Shown here: in pieces, positions 37,381-51,400 of the stretch | Layout: each line of letters opens with the position of its first letter | How positions within the stretch are numbered: the stretch's first letter is position 1 | NCBI GenBank assembly: GCA_019343175.1 | Contig: JAFNEN010000097.1 | Location: forward strand, 221,448-285,447 | Direction: 5' to 3' | DNA from: Oedothorax gibbosus | Taxonomy: Eukaryota | Length of the DNA: 64,000 nt | Program-made: the position numbers and the translations under genes | The notes under the pieces: model-generated | The model's input: only the letters and a program-made list of their open reading frames with translations | Database searches by the model: none | Told to the model about the DNA's origin: nothing

Positions 37381-38728
37381 TATATAATTTGATATTCATA
37401 TTGCAAACCAATAGCATGAATCACGTATTGAATACTTATATAATTCGGGTTATTAAAAAAAAGAAATCCGATAAGTAAGATCACGAAAACTGTGACAAAG
37501 TTTGCTAAATCCTCTGGATCCATCCGTGATTTACCATCGCAATTTTTGTCACGGCTTTGGTCTCGTAAATTGGTATTGTTCCAGTTTCATCTTATCGTGG
37601 CTTTGCTTTTATAAAGCAATAAAACACGAGATTCTTTGGACTCTTTTACGCTTTATAATCTCAAATAAAATGTCTATTGACACATTTTTTGACAAGTTTC
37701 AAATTATAGAATGTTAATATGATTTTAAGTTTTCTTTCTTTTTAACAAAAAAATTTTAGATATTCGAAAACTAAAATACATGTTATTTGGAAAATATTTT
37801 TAAATATATTTTAGAAACATCGGTGATACGGATGTCACACACAGTCATATGAATTTATTTTCTTAAAGAGATGCATTTCTAACTGAAGTATCCATATTTC
37901 TATGAAACTTAAACTTATAATTTTTCTAATATAAAGTAAAATTATTAACCAAATATTAACAATTTTAACATCAGTAACCTAAACTAAATTTAAAACCAAT
38001 GGTATTCTATTCTTGAAAATGTCATCAAAAGTTTTAGTATCGTTTTAAGTTACGATTTAATTTTAGATTTCTTACTACGTTTATAACGTAAAAAGTGGAA
38101 GGTATTTTAATCCTTTATACTGTCTGTTTGTCCATCACCCACTTTTATTCACCATACTTTTTTTTATCATACTTTTATTCACAAATTCAAACTAAAAATA
38201 TTTTAATTTCAAAAAAATGTAAAGGTCATTTAAATAACAAGACAATTCCATTTTGATTTAATATTTCCACTTCGTCAAACACACGTAAAAACGTTATTTA
38301 AAAAAAACCGAATGATTATTTATTTTTGTGATATAAATTAGTTTAGAATGATGTCATAGTATACATCACAATTGAAGAGCTTAGTGAAAGAATATGTTAA
38401 ATGACATTTTTGAAAAATTGCTATTTTTGTGTCAATGAACATATTACTAACTGCTTTGTGAGTGTGTGACAGTAAAAAGTTTCCCCTTATCATAAACTTT
38501 AAGCTTAGTATATTTTTTACGATTTGCAAGTACCGTTTTCAACAGATCCAAGTGCAAACTAAAAACTTTAAAGCACATTTTCTTGATTTCACCTTTTTGT
38601 CACTTTCTTCCACTAAGCTATTCAATTAAGTTCTTTTGAGGTTTCTTTATATTTGTATTTAGAAAGCGGCGGAGAGTTTTAATTTTCTCTTTGCATAAAA
38701 AAAAATCGGATCATTTTGTGCATTTCAG

Positions 38729-39045
38729 TTTTAGTTTGAATTATCGTCGCACTACAGCTACACAAGGGCTATTAGCGACGGGCGTCATATTTTAGAACCA
38801 CAGTAAAGTGACGAGCCGACACCTGAGTAGGCACCCAACGCAACCGTTAAGGGCGACATCGTACGCAGCATTAGGACTTTGAAGGATATTTAACGTGCAC
38901 TCCCGCCACACGGGCTGTAATTTGTCGGACATTTTGGCTGCACGGGTCGTTTATAGGTTGGTAGTTATTGTGGCGATACCCGGACCCGAACCTGGGACAT
39001 TCCGCATGCTAGGCGAATGCCTAACCGACTGGGCTCCCCAGCCCC
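38729..39045 (-). mobile_element. Complete tRNA-derived SINE (~317 bp) with a tRNA-Ala-like head, flanked by a perfect 15 bp target-site duplication
   Basis: The TSD TTTTGTGCATTTCAG occurs at 38714-38728 and at 39046-39060. The minus-strand 5' end GGGGCTGGGGAGCCCAGTCGGTTAGGCATTCGCCTAGCATGCGGAATGTCCCAGGTTCGGGTCCGGG has D-arm-like, anticodon-arm-like (loop CTAGCAT) and GGTTCG T-loop-like modules, but no pairing acceptor stem. Fragments of the body occur at 8828-8900 and 45330-45470. Confidence 0.75.
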
Positions 39046-39283
39046 TTTTGTGCATTTCAGCGTTTATTAATGTATTATTGAGTCTTAATGCATATTTTAA
39101 TAGTTCGAAAAATAGAAATCTTAAAATATATAAAATATTTAAAAAATACATAAAATTATGTTATGATAAGTTTCTCTTTTATATTTACTTCAAGCAATAT
39201 TAGTTTTTTCTTTGAAATGCAAATCAATATAGAAAGCGATAAAGAATATTAATTGAATTTGCGAAAGAAATTTAAGGGGAGTC

Positions 39284-39840
39284 GGATGGTTGTTTGGGTC
39301 AAAAATGTCGATTTTCTGTTTTTCTTTTATTTTTAATCGGCATATCTATAGCTTTAATTTAAGACCAAGATTATCTATTTCTGTTTAGTAGTTTTCTTTT
39401 TATAAGCATTTTTCAGAAACTCTGTATATCAGTAGGTTCTTACCTATACCTTACTTTTCTTTTGCGTTTCCTGAAATATAAGGTTTTTCAACATTTAAGA
39501 ATATTTTTCTCAGGAACTATAAAGGAATTAAAATATTTTGTTTTATTATTTCTTCCCCATTAATAGCTCTTTGATTTAAACTGAGGAATTTTAAATTTCT
39601 CTGCTCAAAAAGTTATATAGCTTTAAATTGGATTTTTTGGAGGCTTTTTAAAATTTATATTAAAAAAAAATCACTGTAAAAATATTTTTTTATACTGTGA
39701 AATATTCTCAGTTTAAATCAAAGAACTATATATAACGAACAAATTATAAAAAATTCATAATGATATCTCATAGTTCCTGAGAAAAATGTTTCTAAAGTTA
39801 GTAAAATTAACATGGGCGAGATAGAACCAACCGACTCCCT
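39284..39840. mobile_element. Foldback MITE, full-length copy of the family at 20186-20537
   Basis: The outer TIRs are ggggagtcggatggttg and caaccgactccc. Internal long inverted arms are shared with 20218-20535 (…gttcataatgatatctcatagttcctgagaaaaatgtttctaaagttag…). Confidence 0.65.
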
Positions 39841-42800
39841 TAATGAACCAATAAATAATAAGCAATTTTGGTGTTAACAAGTTCAAATTAGAAAAAATGC
39901 TTGGAGATTTTGTTTCTGATGTTTATAGATCGTGTGCAAGCGGCACTTGGTTACAGATTCTGTTACTAACTTACTCATTTTATTTTGAAAAAAAAAATGG
40001 AATATAAATTGCAAAAGAGGTAGATTTTTGTTTGAGGATTTATCAACTAGATGGCGCTGAACCAAAGCCACACGAACTTTGTGCACAAATAACATTTGAA
40101 TTAATTACGACAGGTTTTTTTTTCAATTGCATATACTTCACAATTAATGCGTAATATTTTAATGATGATCTTTTGTGGCTCAAGTCAGAAAATAATTGAT
40201 TCTCAGTTTCAACAGATTCCCAGTGGTAACACTAATTGCTTTATAGTGTTGAATTATTGTGCTAACTTGATATATTGCATAGCTATTTAATGTTGCAACA
40301 TGTTTCAAATTTTTAAAGAACTAGTGAAAAATGCATTATCAGAGAGCAATTACTTTATTTTAAATAACATTTAAACTAAAAATTCAAATAAAATTCGATG
40401 ATTTATATCTTTCTATTATAAAGCTAATCAAGTGAAATTTTTGTGGCAATAGAAAAATGGAATAAACTGTAACTTTGCATCATAAGAGAAATATTTTTCT
40501 TCTGTAACAAAAATATTCTTTAGGAGCGTTCCAATAGGAGAAAAATCCATTCTTGGTTTTATCCCAAAGTATTGATTGAATGGGAATTTATTAAATATGG
40601 AAATCCTCTTTCAGTGTTTCTCACTTGGAATGAATTGTTTTCTTATCGCTTCCTGAACATACAGACGTGATTATTTCATTATCTTTTGTTGCCTTTGCTT
40701 GCCGAAGAGAAGCCAGACGTTTCAAATTTCAAAATCAATATTCATAACAGCACGTGCAAGGCTTTTCTTTCATATTCAGAATCGATACTTTGCATTGTTC
40801 CTGCAGAGAAGATTAAAAATGTTTCTTGCCGAAATTTCAACGTGTCGTGATAAAACATGCATTCCAACAATAAATTGAAAACATGGGAGGTTCGGGTAAA
40901 AATTCTTTGAAATATTTCGGAAGCTTCATTTTCAATGTTAATTTTGGAGCCCTTGTCGGGGCATTTGGAGTTTTCTGTTGGACCTCAAGGCTTGTAATTT
41001 AAAATTACAGATTCAAAAGTAGTAAGTAAACAGCAATAATGTATTTTCTCTGTTGTAGAGATAAAATTGTTTGTTTTAAATGCTTTTAACCGGTAGTTTT
41101 TTTATTTCTGCTAAAAAAAACTGGGAAGCTCACCCAGATTTGTATATTTAATAATAATAATAACTTTTATTACCACAAAAAACAACAACAAATTAAAGCA
41201 AATGAACGCCAAGGGGAAACAGGGAAATCCCGTATAGGCGAAATAGAAAAAATATTATATGTGAAAATATGATTTTACTACATTGCATATTATATAAAGG
41301 CACCCAAGTGCAGGATTCATTGCTTTAAAAAAATTAAAATTTCTACACAAATACGCTACTTTTAGGAGACAATTCTGCTTCCTGAAACTATACGCAGCTA
41401 ATGGGAATCACATTAATAACTGTACATTTTTTAATAATATTTCATTTCTGTGTATTACCTGCATTAAAGTAGTTACTGAGACACGTCTTCAGAGTTGCAA
41501 GATAAACATTTAACTGTAAAAAGTTTTTCTTAGAGGGAAAAAATTCCCTAGTTCTCTTTAAGCTATTTTGTTTATTTATTGCCGTCCAAAACTGCCACCA
41601 AATTCAACGAATGGCCAAGCCCTAATCCCACTGCGCCCTTATAACCAACTAACGACCCCGAGACAGTAAGTCCTTTTTCGTTTTCTTCTGCCAACTCTGT
41701 GTTTTGATATAAATCCAGGGAAACAATTTTCCCGCGATTAAGATAAAAGCAGCTAAATGTGTTTCTAAAACGAACGTACTTAGAAGAATGATAATGGCAA
41801 CACTTTTTCCGTGTCTGAAGCATCGCTCAAGCAAAATGCGATGTTGACGGTACAAAAGAGATTTCTTCTATTTTGTTTTTTAATTTACGTATCTTACTTC
41901 GGAGAATAGAATTAGTTAAGTAGACTGTAGCACGAACGTTTCTTAATGAGTTGTCACATTTCAACGACTTGCCCATTAAGATTAGCTGATAATTTAGTCC
42001 CCTCTTTTAGGCAGGCTCGTGTTGGAGTCGCTATTCTTTGAGTGAGACGAATATTTCATGTCACTTTGCGACTAAAAGCGCAAAGAATTTGGCTCGGAAT
42101 GGAAAAGCAGATAAATATCTTTATTATTCCGGAGATAAATAGACCTTTTTGTCTTGATTGCTAACTTAAATTTGACGGCAAATTGAATTTCTTAGAACAA
42201 AACGTCTGCGTTAATTTGCGCAGGGAGTTTTAGCACAACAAAAATATCTGTCGTTTCGAATTGTAACGCGTCTTAATTTTGCGTCATTTACGTTTATTTA
42301 AAAGTTTATACTATGTTTATTACACAAACTATAAAGTTTTGTGCTTATGGTTTAATTTATAACAATGATGATCATTTGCAAAAGACTGTGCCACATCACT
42401 GTTAACTCTATAATGTGGGGCCTCGTAAATATTTTCTGGTACATCTTATCTTTATCGGAATAGCTTTACGATTTTTCTAAACTGATGCTAACACCTAATA
42501 ACGTAATAGTTTTGTTTTAAAATTTTTAACAGCGAGAAAACTATATTTTTATACAATGTTAGCGTTTAATACAAATTCATGATAAATAAAAACAGCAATC
42601 TTATATAATAAACAATGTAAAAATATCTGATTTAAAAGCTAACTATTATCATAATATGTAACAAATGAAGAGCTAAAAGGTATAGATCGACCGCGCATTC
42701 ATGGCACTGTGGGTTGGGTCGAAAACATCGGAAAAGGGAATTTTTATAAATCCTCTTAAAATAATTACGCAGAATAATTAACCCTAAAATTTTTTTTAAT

Positions 42801-43837
42801 GATATGTTTTTCTGACCTTTTTCAGGTTTTTTCGATCCACCCCTAAAAGAGTGTTACGCGTTCGGACTATCTACGTTTTTTTTATTTTGTAAAACCTCAT
42901 TGGTACCAGAAATAAATAGTATACTTTTCATTCATTTTATTAAATTACAGATTAAAATTTTAAATAAAAGTATGCTTTATAATTATCAAGGAGAGTAAGT
43001 TACTTAGGAGACACTAATTTTAACTTTTTGTTTATTATAGTGCTAAACATCATAATTCCATACCAGTTGACTTATACAAACGTTTCATTCTATAATACTC
43101 GACTTGTATGATTGCGATTATTTGCTGTGACATTAATCGATAGTTAGGTGGATAAAGGTAAATTTGTAAGGAAATGCTACTAAAAAATTATGTTAATTTA
43201 TTACACTTTATAATTTATTAAAACATAGCAATGCATTTATTTCTGAAATCAATAACTCTTGCTTTTTTGCGAACATTTAAAAGAATTGTAATAGATTTGC
43301 AACGCACTTTGAAAATATAGGTTTCTCAAAGTTCCATAAATTAAATCAGTTCTACCAATTTGATAAGTAACATAGCTTCAGATTGTTTTTTTGCCATCAG
43401 TGTATTTGTGGACTGTACTCACTACTTAACTTTTGTTTTTAGTTAATTTTCAAATTTTGTCACCAGTATGAGTACCAGAAGACGTATAAAAAACAAAAGT
43501 ATAACGCTTAGGTTGTACGTTTACGGCTGTATATTTCTAGACTCCATGAGTATAACGTATAAATTATTTAGTAAGACTTCTGGCAGCCCATTTCTTTACG
43601 TCTTATTCTATATACATTATGGGCTGACACTGTCAATAACGACTCGCGAAAACTAATACAGGTTCAGGCACTTATACGGCATGATTCTCATCTACGTCGA
43701 ATAGAAAACGTCTTCAGAAACTCGAATTCTCAACATCTCTTGTCGACATTTGGGATTCTCATCTCAAACAGTAGACGCTTGGAGTTTTTGACATGTCGTT
43801 TATTCGGATGTTTTTCTCGGCTCCTATGTTGGCAACG

Positions 43838-44440
43838 AGTAGGTTGGTTGGTTGGTAGACATATATATTCAGGTTTGTGTGCTTGGTCAGCGACCCGCTT
43901 ATAAACCTTCGTCAAGTAAGACAGACACAACAGACAACACACACACATAAGTGGATCCATCTAATTTTTTTAGAGACAGAGGCCAACTAGAGGATCCCCA
44001 GAATTGGCTTGTCACCCAGAGGTATTGATTTGGTATGGGAACTTAGAGGACTTTCGGACCCAACAGATTTAACGAGCACGTACTCCGCATATACTCGGTA
44101 GGTCTTCAGTGGTACCGGGACTCGATCGCAGGACCTTCCGATCCCGAGACGCTGACCACTAGGCTCACTACGGCCCTACGAGTAGGTACTCAAAAGATCG
44201 TCGACAAGTAACTAATTTTTCGGGGCCCGGGTGGCCTAGTGAGTTTGATCGCAGCCTATTACGCTTTCAGTCTGCCCACTGTACCGGGTGCGGGTTCGAT
44301 TCCCGCCTTCGCCCTGGGTGTACCTTCTCTCTCTGTCAGTAAGAATTCTGTGTCTGTCTTACTTGACGAAGGTTTATAAGCGGGTCTCTGATCAAGCACA
44401 CAGGCCGCAAAATACATATACCAAACCTACCTAACTAATT
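43838..44440. mobile_element. Foldback structure with ~85 bp imperfect inverted arms enclosing two oppositely oriented tRNA-like modules
   Basis: The arm 43840-43925 (ggttggttggtagacatatatattcaggtttgtgtgcttggtcagcgacccgcttataaaccttcgtcaagtaagacagacac) is about 85% identical to the reverse complement of 44350-44440. Inside, the plus strand at 44225-44320 reads GGGCCCGGGTGGCCTAGTGAG…GCGGGTTCGATTCCCGC, a perfect T-arm-like module. The minus strand of 44100-44172 reads GGGCCGTAGTGAGCCTAGTGGTC…GTCCCGGTACC. Confidence 0.6.
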
Positions 44441-45329
44441 TTACTCTGATTGGTTGTTCTTTTTAAATAGCTGTTTTAACAGCTTACGTAATATTTTTGA
44501 TTGTTACGCCCTTTGAATCACGAAATTAATAATCATGGTAATGTATCTCAAGCTTGTGTAGATATTTCACAAGTGTGTAATTTTCTAAACCGTATTTCAA
44601 ACCATTTTATGTTCTACATTTAATATAAAATGCAAATATTACACTATATGAAAGAATGTAAACAATGAAAAGAAATCCTTAATAAGTGTGCTGCTGTTAC
44701 TTTAGAAATTTCAAACATAGCTTCCCACTTACTAAAACAATGAAAGTTAATAAGTTATTATTCAAAAAATATAAGGCAAAAAATTTTATACACAATTAAC
44801 AAAAAGTTTCACTTGATTTTTTTCAGAATATTTTTAAATTGTCAAAAATTTGAAATTTTATAAGCAACTATCAAAATGAACTTTATTTTAAAAATTATTT
44901 CTTAAGCGTCAACCATTTTATGTGTTACAGTACTTATATTAACTTTTTAAAAAAATTAATGGATAATAATAGAAAATTTAAAGTAAATATAAAAAATATT
45001 TTAGAATATAATACTATGGACTAAAATAAAAATATTTTATTGAAAAAGCACAAAAATTTATTTTTTTTATGTAATTTTTAAAAATTTTGCAAAACAAAGC
45101 GATATATCCTGAAAATAAGCTTGTGCACATGGTGGAAGTAATGCGAACCTCGACACTTTCTCATTCCTCGCACTTTCGAGAAGCTAAGATTCGCTCCATT
45201 TCGGTTTGTCGAGGATAAGGGCCGATAAAAATTTATTGATAAAAGTTTTCAATTCGACGCGGGATGAGAAGATGAGAATCAAGTCAAACGAACAATACTG
45301 AATGCTTTTTTTTAAAGAATTTTTTTGCA

Positions 45330-45470
45330 CTCGATATACAAGAGATGAGCCTCACAATTTTGAACCGCAGTCAAGTGACGAGACACGTGAGCGGGCACAA
45401 ATGCAACTTAAAGGGCGGCATTTTTTTGGACATTGTTTTACACGGGCACGTTTGGGTTATAAGTGATGAT
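45330..45470 (-). mobile_element. Internal fragment of the SINE family (no tRNA-like head)
   Basis: The stretch gaaccgcagtcaagtgacgagacacgtgagcgggcac…aagggcggcat…cacgggcacgttt matches 38790-38950. Confidence 0.5.
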
Positions 45471-48400
45471 TTATAAGGAAAAGTCATATGAATATGATCA
45501 AGTAACTGTGCAAAACACAGAATGCAACCAATCTAGATGTTAATATATCGGTACACAAGATTATTTACCTTGCAAGTTTCCTCTATACACGAAGTTTATT
45601 TTTGTGGTGTTTTCCAACGGTGTCAGCCGATTAGTTAACCCGGTGATAATGGAAGTGTACTGATAATCTATTGAAGCAATAATAAACGAGCCCTCCCTAG
45701 TGACTCCTAAGCTGAGGTCCTTTATATAGTTTGGATAGTTGTTTTGATTAACGCTATGCTAGAGGCTCTCCAGAGGTCTGACTGGGAAACCCTAGTTTAT
45801 TGGTGGCATAAAATATGTAGCATTTCGATTTTAATTATCAACGCAAAAGCATCAATACTATGGGTTATAATTAACAATACTGCAGGTTCTAACCCTTTAA
45901 TTTATCCCTATCTGCCCTGCTATAAGAGATTAAATAATACATAGATCTAAAGTAGAATCTGTTTTACATTACTTCAAGTATTTTAGTTATGATACTATTA
46001 AAACAGCGTCTGGAAATTTGATAATGTGTTTATAATGTGGGTACCTAATATGTATATATATCTTCTTAAGTACCCGGAAAATATAAACTTAAGCAATTTT
46101 TCTATATACATGTTATTTTGGACTTAGTAGCTTTACAACATTCCACAGATTCTATTATGAGAAATAAAAATCGCGAAATTTCTCTTTCAGGAAAAAAAAA
46201 AGCCGTAATCATTGCCGGCATTCTATCCACCCTAATTTGTATTGCAATACCTTTTTTCTGCTGAGATAGGTATAGATTAGATTTCGCTAGTAAAAAGGAA
46301 TGGAAATTGAGATTGATGGCCGTTTTGTGTATCCCCCTAAACAAGAACATTTGTATTAAGGAGTTTTGGAAGTAAATTTAGCACAAATGTAAGCTTTTTG
46401 TTGGTAAAGTCGGTCTAGTGATAGAAAATTCCAGTAAAGTAACTATTTACTTATTTGTAGCAAAGTGTATATTTTTGAACATTCATTTGAAAGAGAATAT
46501 GTTTTTGGTCAATGTTTAAAACACTGATTTTCATTACTTCCTCTTTACTTTAATGCGTTAAAATCTACCCATGATCCCAAATTACTATTGTCCCTAAATG
46601 ACTAGGATATATGATTTCTTGAAAATGTCACATTTAGAAAAATGAAGTTCATTTTCAAGATTTAATTGAGCAAGAACTACTAAGAATCAAAAATATATAG
46701 GTAAATATGAATTTTAAAAGCCCTAACTGAAGCACTTTTGTTAACTTAATTTTTTTGTAAAGATAAAATGTGAAATAAAGATTAGGCATTCCGCACGAAA
46801 TACACTTTAATACTATTTTAACGTTTTTAATTAGCTTTAATTGAGGTTTTCATTGAAATAGTTCAACAAATCAATTTCTAGTATATCGCTATTTTTAAGC
46901 TAAAACACTAATTAGTAACATCTGTTTTTTTAAACTAGATGGTAAGGGATTATTTAGTGTTTTTTCACCAAAGTACAACTATTGTATTTTTTAAAACTAC
47001 CAATGATTCATTATAAAAAAATCATTACATTTTAATTACAAAAACTAAAAAGTCTTCATTACGATGACATTTTAACCTGGCGTATGCGAATATCCCCAGG
47101 AGAGGGGGAAAACGTATTCCTTTTTTACATAATTTTTTGTATCGCTTTTTTAGTCTCCCCGAGGAATAACAGGATACCATTTTTTTTGTACTCAAAAATG
47201 CATATTTTTTTTATTTCGGAAGCTTTTTAGAATTTCAGTTAACTTTTAATACATTTTTTATAATACCCAAAATAATCATATTTTATGGAGTAAATTTTTA
47301 TTAACTATTTTTGCTTGATAGAGTTTGTTAATTTATTTTCGAAAAAAAAAATAGTATTTATTCTCAGTTGAAGTAAAAAAAAAGTACAAGTGAAAATTCA
47401 TGAGCTTCGGATAAATTAACCTACATACATTGACGCAGAAATGCACATATAAATTGTGGAAGATAGTGAGCCATTGAACTGAAAAGCTTTATTTACGGGG
47501 GGGGGGGGAGGAAACGGAAAATAATTTATAATTCCAATAAATTCAATATCGCTATTAACTATTCTGAAGAATTGTTCAAGCCCCACCACATACCTGTAAC
47601 AAAGGAAAATACTTCTATTCAAACAACTATTCAAAAATTTCTATTTTTGAATGAGTAAACCACTTGGAATACTGAAATTTAAGCGATGGTTTTTGATGAC
47701 AACTTTCTTTTGTATGATTAAATCCAAATAACTCTTTAAATTTCTGCACTGATTTTTTTTAATTTTTCCCAATGCTATCTTGATGTCTATTATAGTTTTT
47801 TTTTTTGTGGTATTGTAGTTTAGATGTAATGAATTCTAAAACAGCAAATAAACTTAAGTTTTTCTACGGAACTGACATATTAATCTAACGGAAAATATCA
47901 AAAATGACTCTCCAATCGACGGATTACATAAATCCTCAAGCAAAACTTAATAGAGTTCAGCGGAATCCCCATTTCAATAAGTTCCAGTGTACATCGAGGC
48001 AGAAAGTGACTATCGAAGTCAAGTGCTCTTGGTAAGGAAACGAAATTGAATAATTTCCAATATCCGCCTCTAACGCAATTTAAATCTGTGCTCAAATACC
48101 CAGAAGAAAGGTTTGGGCCACATACCTTTCGGATAGGGGAATACTTCCTTTTACATAGCAATTCCAAAATTCCTAGCATGACAGGGTGGTACTTGGATGA
48201 ATGGAATTAAATCAATGCCTTCCGATGCCACCTACGACTGGATGATTAGCGACGGATTTCTTTTGTGTAGGATCCAGCCTGCTGGAAAATCGGCCACTGA
48301 TTTTTGTGTAGGGGATCACAATCTGTAGGAAGATAGTTCACCAGGATTGCGCTATTTTGTGCCTCGTTACTTCCAATTTATTCTTAATTGTTATCGGCGA

Positions 48401-51400
48401 AGAGGATGCCTCACATTCTTTCTGTTTTGAATTCATTTTGTTAAGTTCTTTGAACCTTGGGGCACGATTCTAGAAAGAAACCGGTATAAAATGTAGGTTT
48501 TTTTTTATTCCAATGCAAACAAGTACATGCAGTTCTGAAAACAAATTAGGTTTTCAGATGGAAAAAAAAGCGTCTCTTGAGAGTATGACACGCATGTCTG
48601 ATTCTTCTTCGAACCCATAGGTTTGTTTTAATATGTACATAGACCTAACATTCTTGCCTTGTATTGTTAGGCGTTCTGTCGAATTTAATTTGCGATATAA
48701 GTAGAGCGTGGTATGTTGAACCATGGAAAAAATAAGAACTTTATTGCATTGCAATGAATTTAAGAACAAATGTAGTTTTATAGAAGCAGAGTAGTTTTCT
48801 GTGATATAACAATAAATCTTTTTTTGAAGTCAATGCCAATATGAATATCTTTTACTACCTGTTTTGTTACTAATGACCAAGAAACATAATTTATGTTTCT
48901 TGATCACTTAATTTATTAATCAAATAAATTAACTGATTACGAATTTAACAGACCACCCATCAAAAGTTATCGATTAAATTTCAGTCGTTCAAGTGGTTTA
49001 CCCATTGAAAGATAAGAATTTTGGAATCGTTGTTTGAATGAAAGTATTTTCCATTGTAAAAGGTATGTGCTGAGGCCTGAACAATTCTTCCGAATATTTG
49101 AGTAGCGCCTGATATTAAATTTATAGGGATTAGAAATTATTCATGTCCGTATCCCGACTAAAGCAGTTTAGTTCAATGGTACCTTTCTTCCACAACTTTT
49201 GAGTGCATTTATGCATTAATGTATCTTGGTTAATTTCTTCGAAATCCATAAAGTTTCACTTGTACCTTATTTTCTGAATGATATTGGAAGTTTTAAGGGG
49301 ACGCGGCACCCAAAAAATTAAATCCAGTATTTTATCGCTAGCATTCAAATTAAACTATTTTTACAAAGAACTAATATTTAATAAACATATACGAAAAAAT
49401 GATTGAGTTTTTAAAAAAAATTAAAATTTTTTAACGTTTTTTCAAAATGCTACTCCTACAATTTAAAGAATTTTGTAATGGATTTTTTTTCAAAATGTTC
49501 CCACGGCATCTATTTATAAAAGTTGGTATGGATATTGAGCTATCAGTTAAACAAAAAAAGTTATGTAGCTTTTTGTATAAAAATGGACAAAAAATAAGAT
49601 TTTTTGTAAATTTTCACCTTCATCATTTTTTTAAAAATATCTATTTACACTAGACATTACCCATACCAACTTTTGTTAAACGCATATGTTTCAACACCGG
49701 AAAAAAATTTTGGAGCTCTACATTAATTTACCTAAGAGCCTTAAGGTTTTAACCATTCACAAGCTGAAAAATTAAAAATTTAAAAAATCTTCTTAAAACT
49801 TCAAAAACCATTTTACCAAACCACTATATCATTTTCAATAAACCTCCACCATTATAAAAGAATCCTTTTTTCGCAATATTCTTAATTAAACATGCTCGAA
49901 TGCTGTAAGCTATTTTTTGGGCAGCCCTAAATTTTGTTTAATGCGTCCCCTTAAAAACAAAATGGTTGTTACTTTGGTGATACAACCCACTAAACTAATA
50001 TATTAGCTTCTAGTTTAAAAGACATAGTTGTTACCAATTCGGGAATTTATTCAAAAAATAATGATATACTACAAATTACTATGTTTGTATGTTTGTTATT
50101 GCAATGAAAACCTAAACAATAAATCTTTTTTGGTTGGTTAATTTCTGTACAAAATTCTTCAAAGTTAGTTAATTTAGTGGTTTTTTTAAATGTATCGATG
50201 CATATAAACTTATGTAAACTTTATGAGGACATGAAATAATTGATTTGACTAATTATTTTCGTTAAAAACTAATATTGTCTTTTGAAATTACTTATAAGTG
50301 GATGATTAAAATTACTTTTCTTTTATTATCATATATAGTATAATAGAGAACAATTACTCACTTTGCAAATAAACTCCAAACAAGTACAATAAACATTGCT
50401 TGGCTTTCAAATTTTATCTCACAAGTATAATTATTTTAATTCTAAAAAGAGAACGTTTTGGGTGGGGTTAGAGAAAAGTCTAGACAGTAGTCCTTGGAAA
50501 TGAATTAACGCGCCTTTAATTATTATTAGAATACTTTTGACAAACTCAAATCAATCACAATGCTTAAAATTGGCATATGCATAATGGTTTATTAAAATTT
50601 GAGACGTTAAAAAAATATTTCTGAGGCAGAAAAACTGCTTTGCCAATTAAGTACTTTAAAACAACGATAGATCTTTGGTTGGCAAACATTCAACTTTGAA
50701 CTTTTTGTTAATTTGAAAGTATAACGTAATGTTAAAATGTGTTACCTTTTTAGGATTCTTAACATCGTGTAACCAAAGTTTCAAATTTATTTTTTTTAAA
50801 CTTAGTTTTAGAAGACAATTTTTTACCCCGAAACGATACTGCATTTATAAATTGACCTTGAGTATTTTGTCTAATTATTAACTAAACACTAAACGTATTT
50901 CTTAAAATGAACTAAAATATATTCCTGAAATTTACCCAACTGTGTAATTTAATTACTTGTATGGGCGATTATAAGACAATTTTTTTCTTACAATACAAAC
51001 TATTATAATTTAAAATCAAATGAAAATAATTAAAACTTATTTTCACACTAGAAAAAGGTTATATAAAAAATGGCAACACAATAGTTATATGTAATCAAAA
51101 TATTTTTTTTCTTGACAATATTCCAACAAACTGTGAGTATGAAATTATATACATTAATTTGTTACAGACGGATGATTTTTTTTAGTGGACGAGAAGTAAC
51201 TTCTCGGTATTAAATAAAATGTTTATTTTTTAGTAATCACTATGTCTTTATATCCAGAGTTGAGAAGATATTTTTGAAAGGAATACATACAAATCGGAAT
51301 GATTTTACTTAGAATGAATCATACTCCGTGTTTAATTTTCTACGATCAATATAAAAACCAAATATTTCATCAAATCGCAGAAATCCAAGTAACGCATAAT

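Noticed and set aside
38958-39045. Possible tRNA-Ala gene on the minus strand (GCCTAGCATGCG anticodon-arm-like, GGTTCGGGTCC T-loop-like)
   Set aside because: The 3' end (TATCGCC-A) has no complementary 5' acceptor strand, and the T-stem has an internal mismatch. It is flanked by a 15 bp target-site duplication and continues into ~230 bp of non-tRNA body. It is therefore a SINE head and not a tRNA gene.
38895-39203. 102-aa ORF (MHSRHTGCNLSDILAARVVY…)
   Set aside because: It is a translation straight through the SINE's tRNA-like head and the adjacent AT-rich DNA, so it is an artefact.
44100-44320. Two tRNA-like sequences (plus strand 44225-44320 with a perfect GCGGG-TTCGATT-CCCGC T-arm; minus strand 44100-44172)
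   Set aside because: The acceptor stems do not pair (GGGCCCG versus CTTCGCC), and both sit inside a foldback repeat. I treat them as tRNA-derived SINE modules or pseudo-tRNAs.
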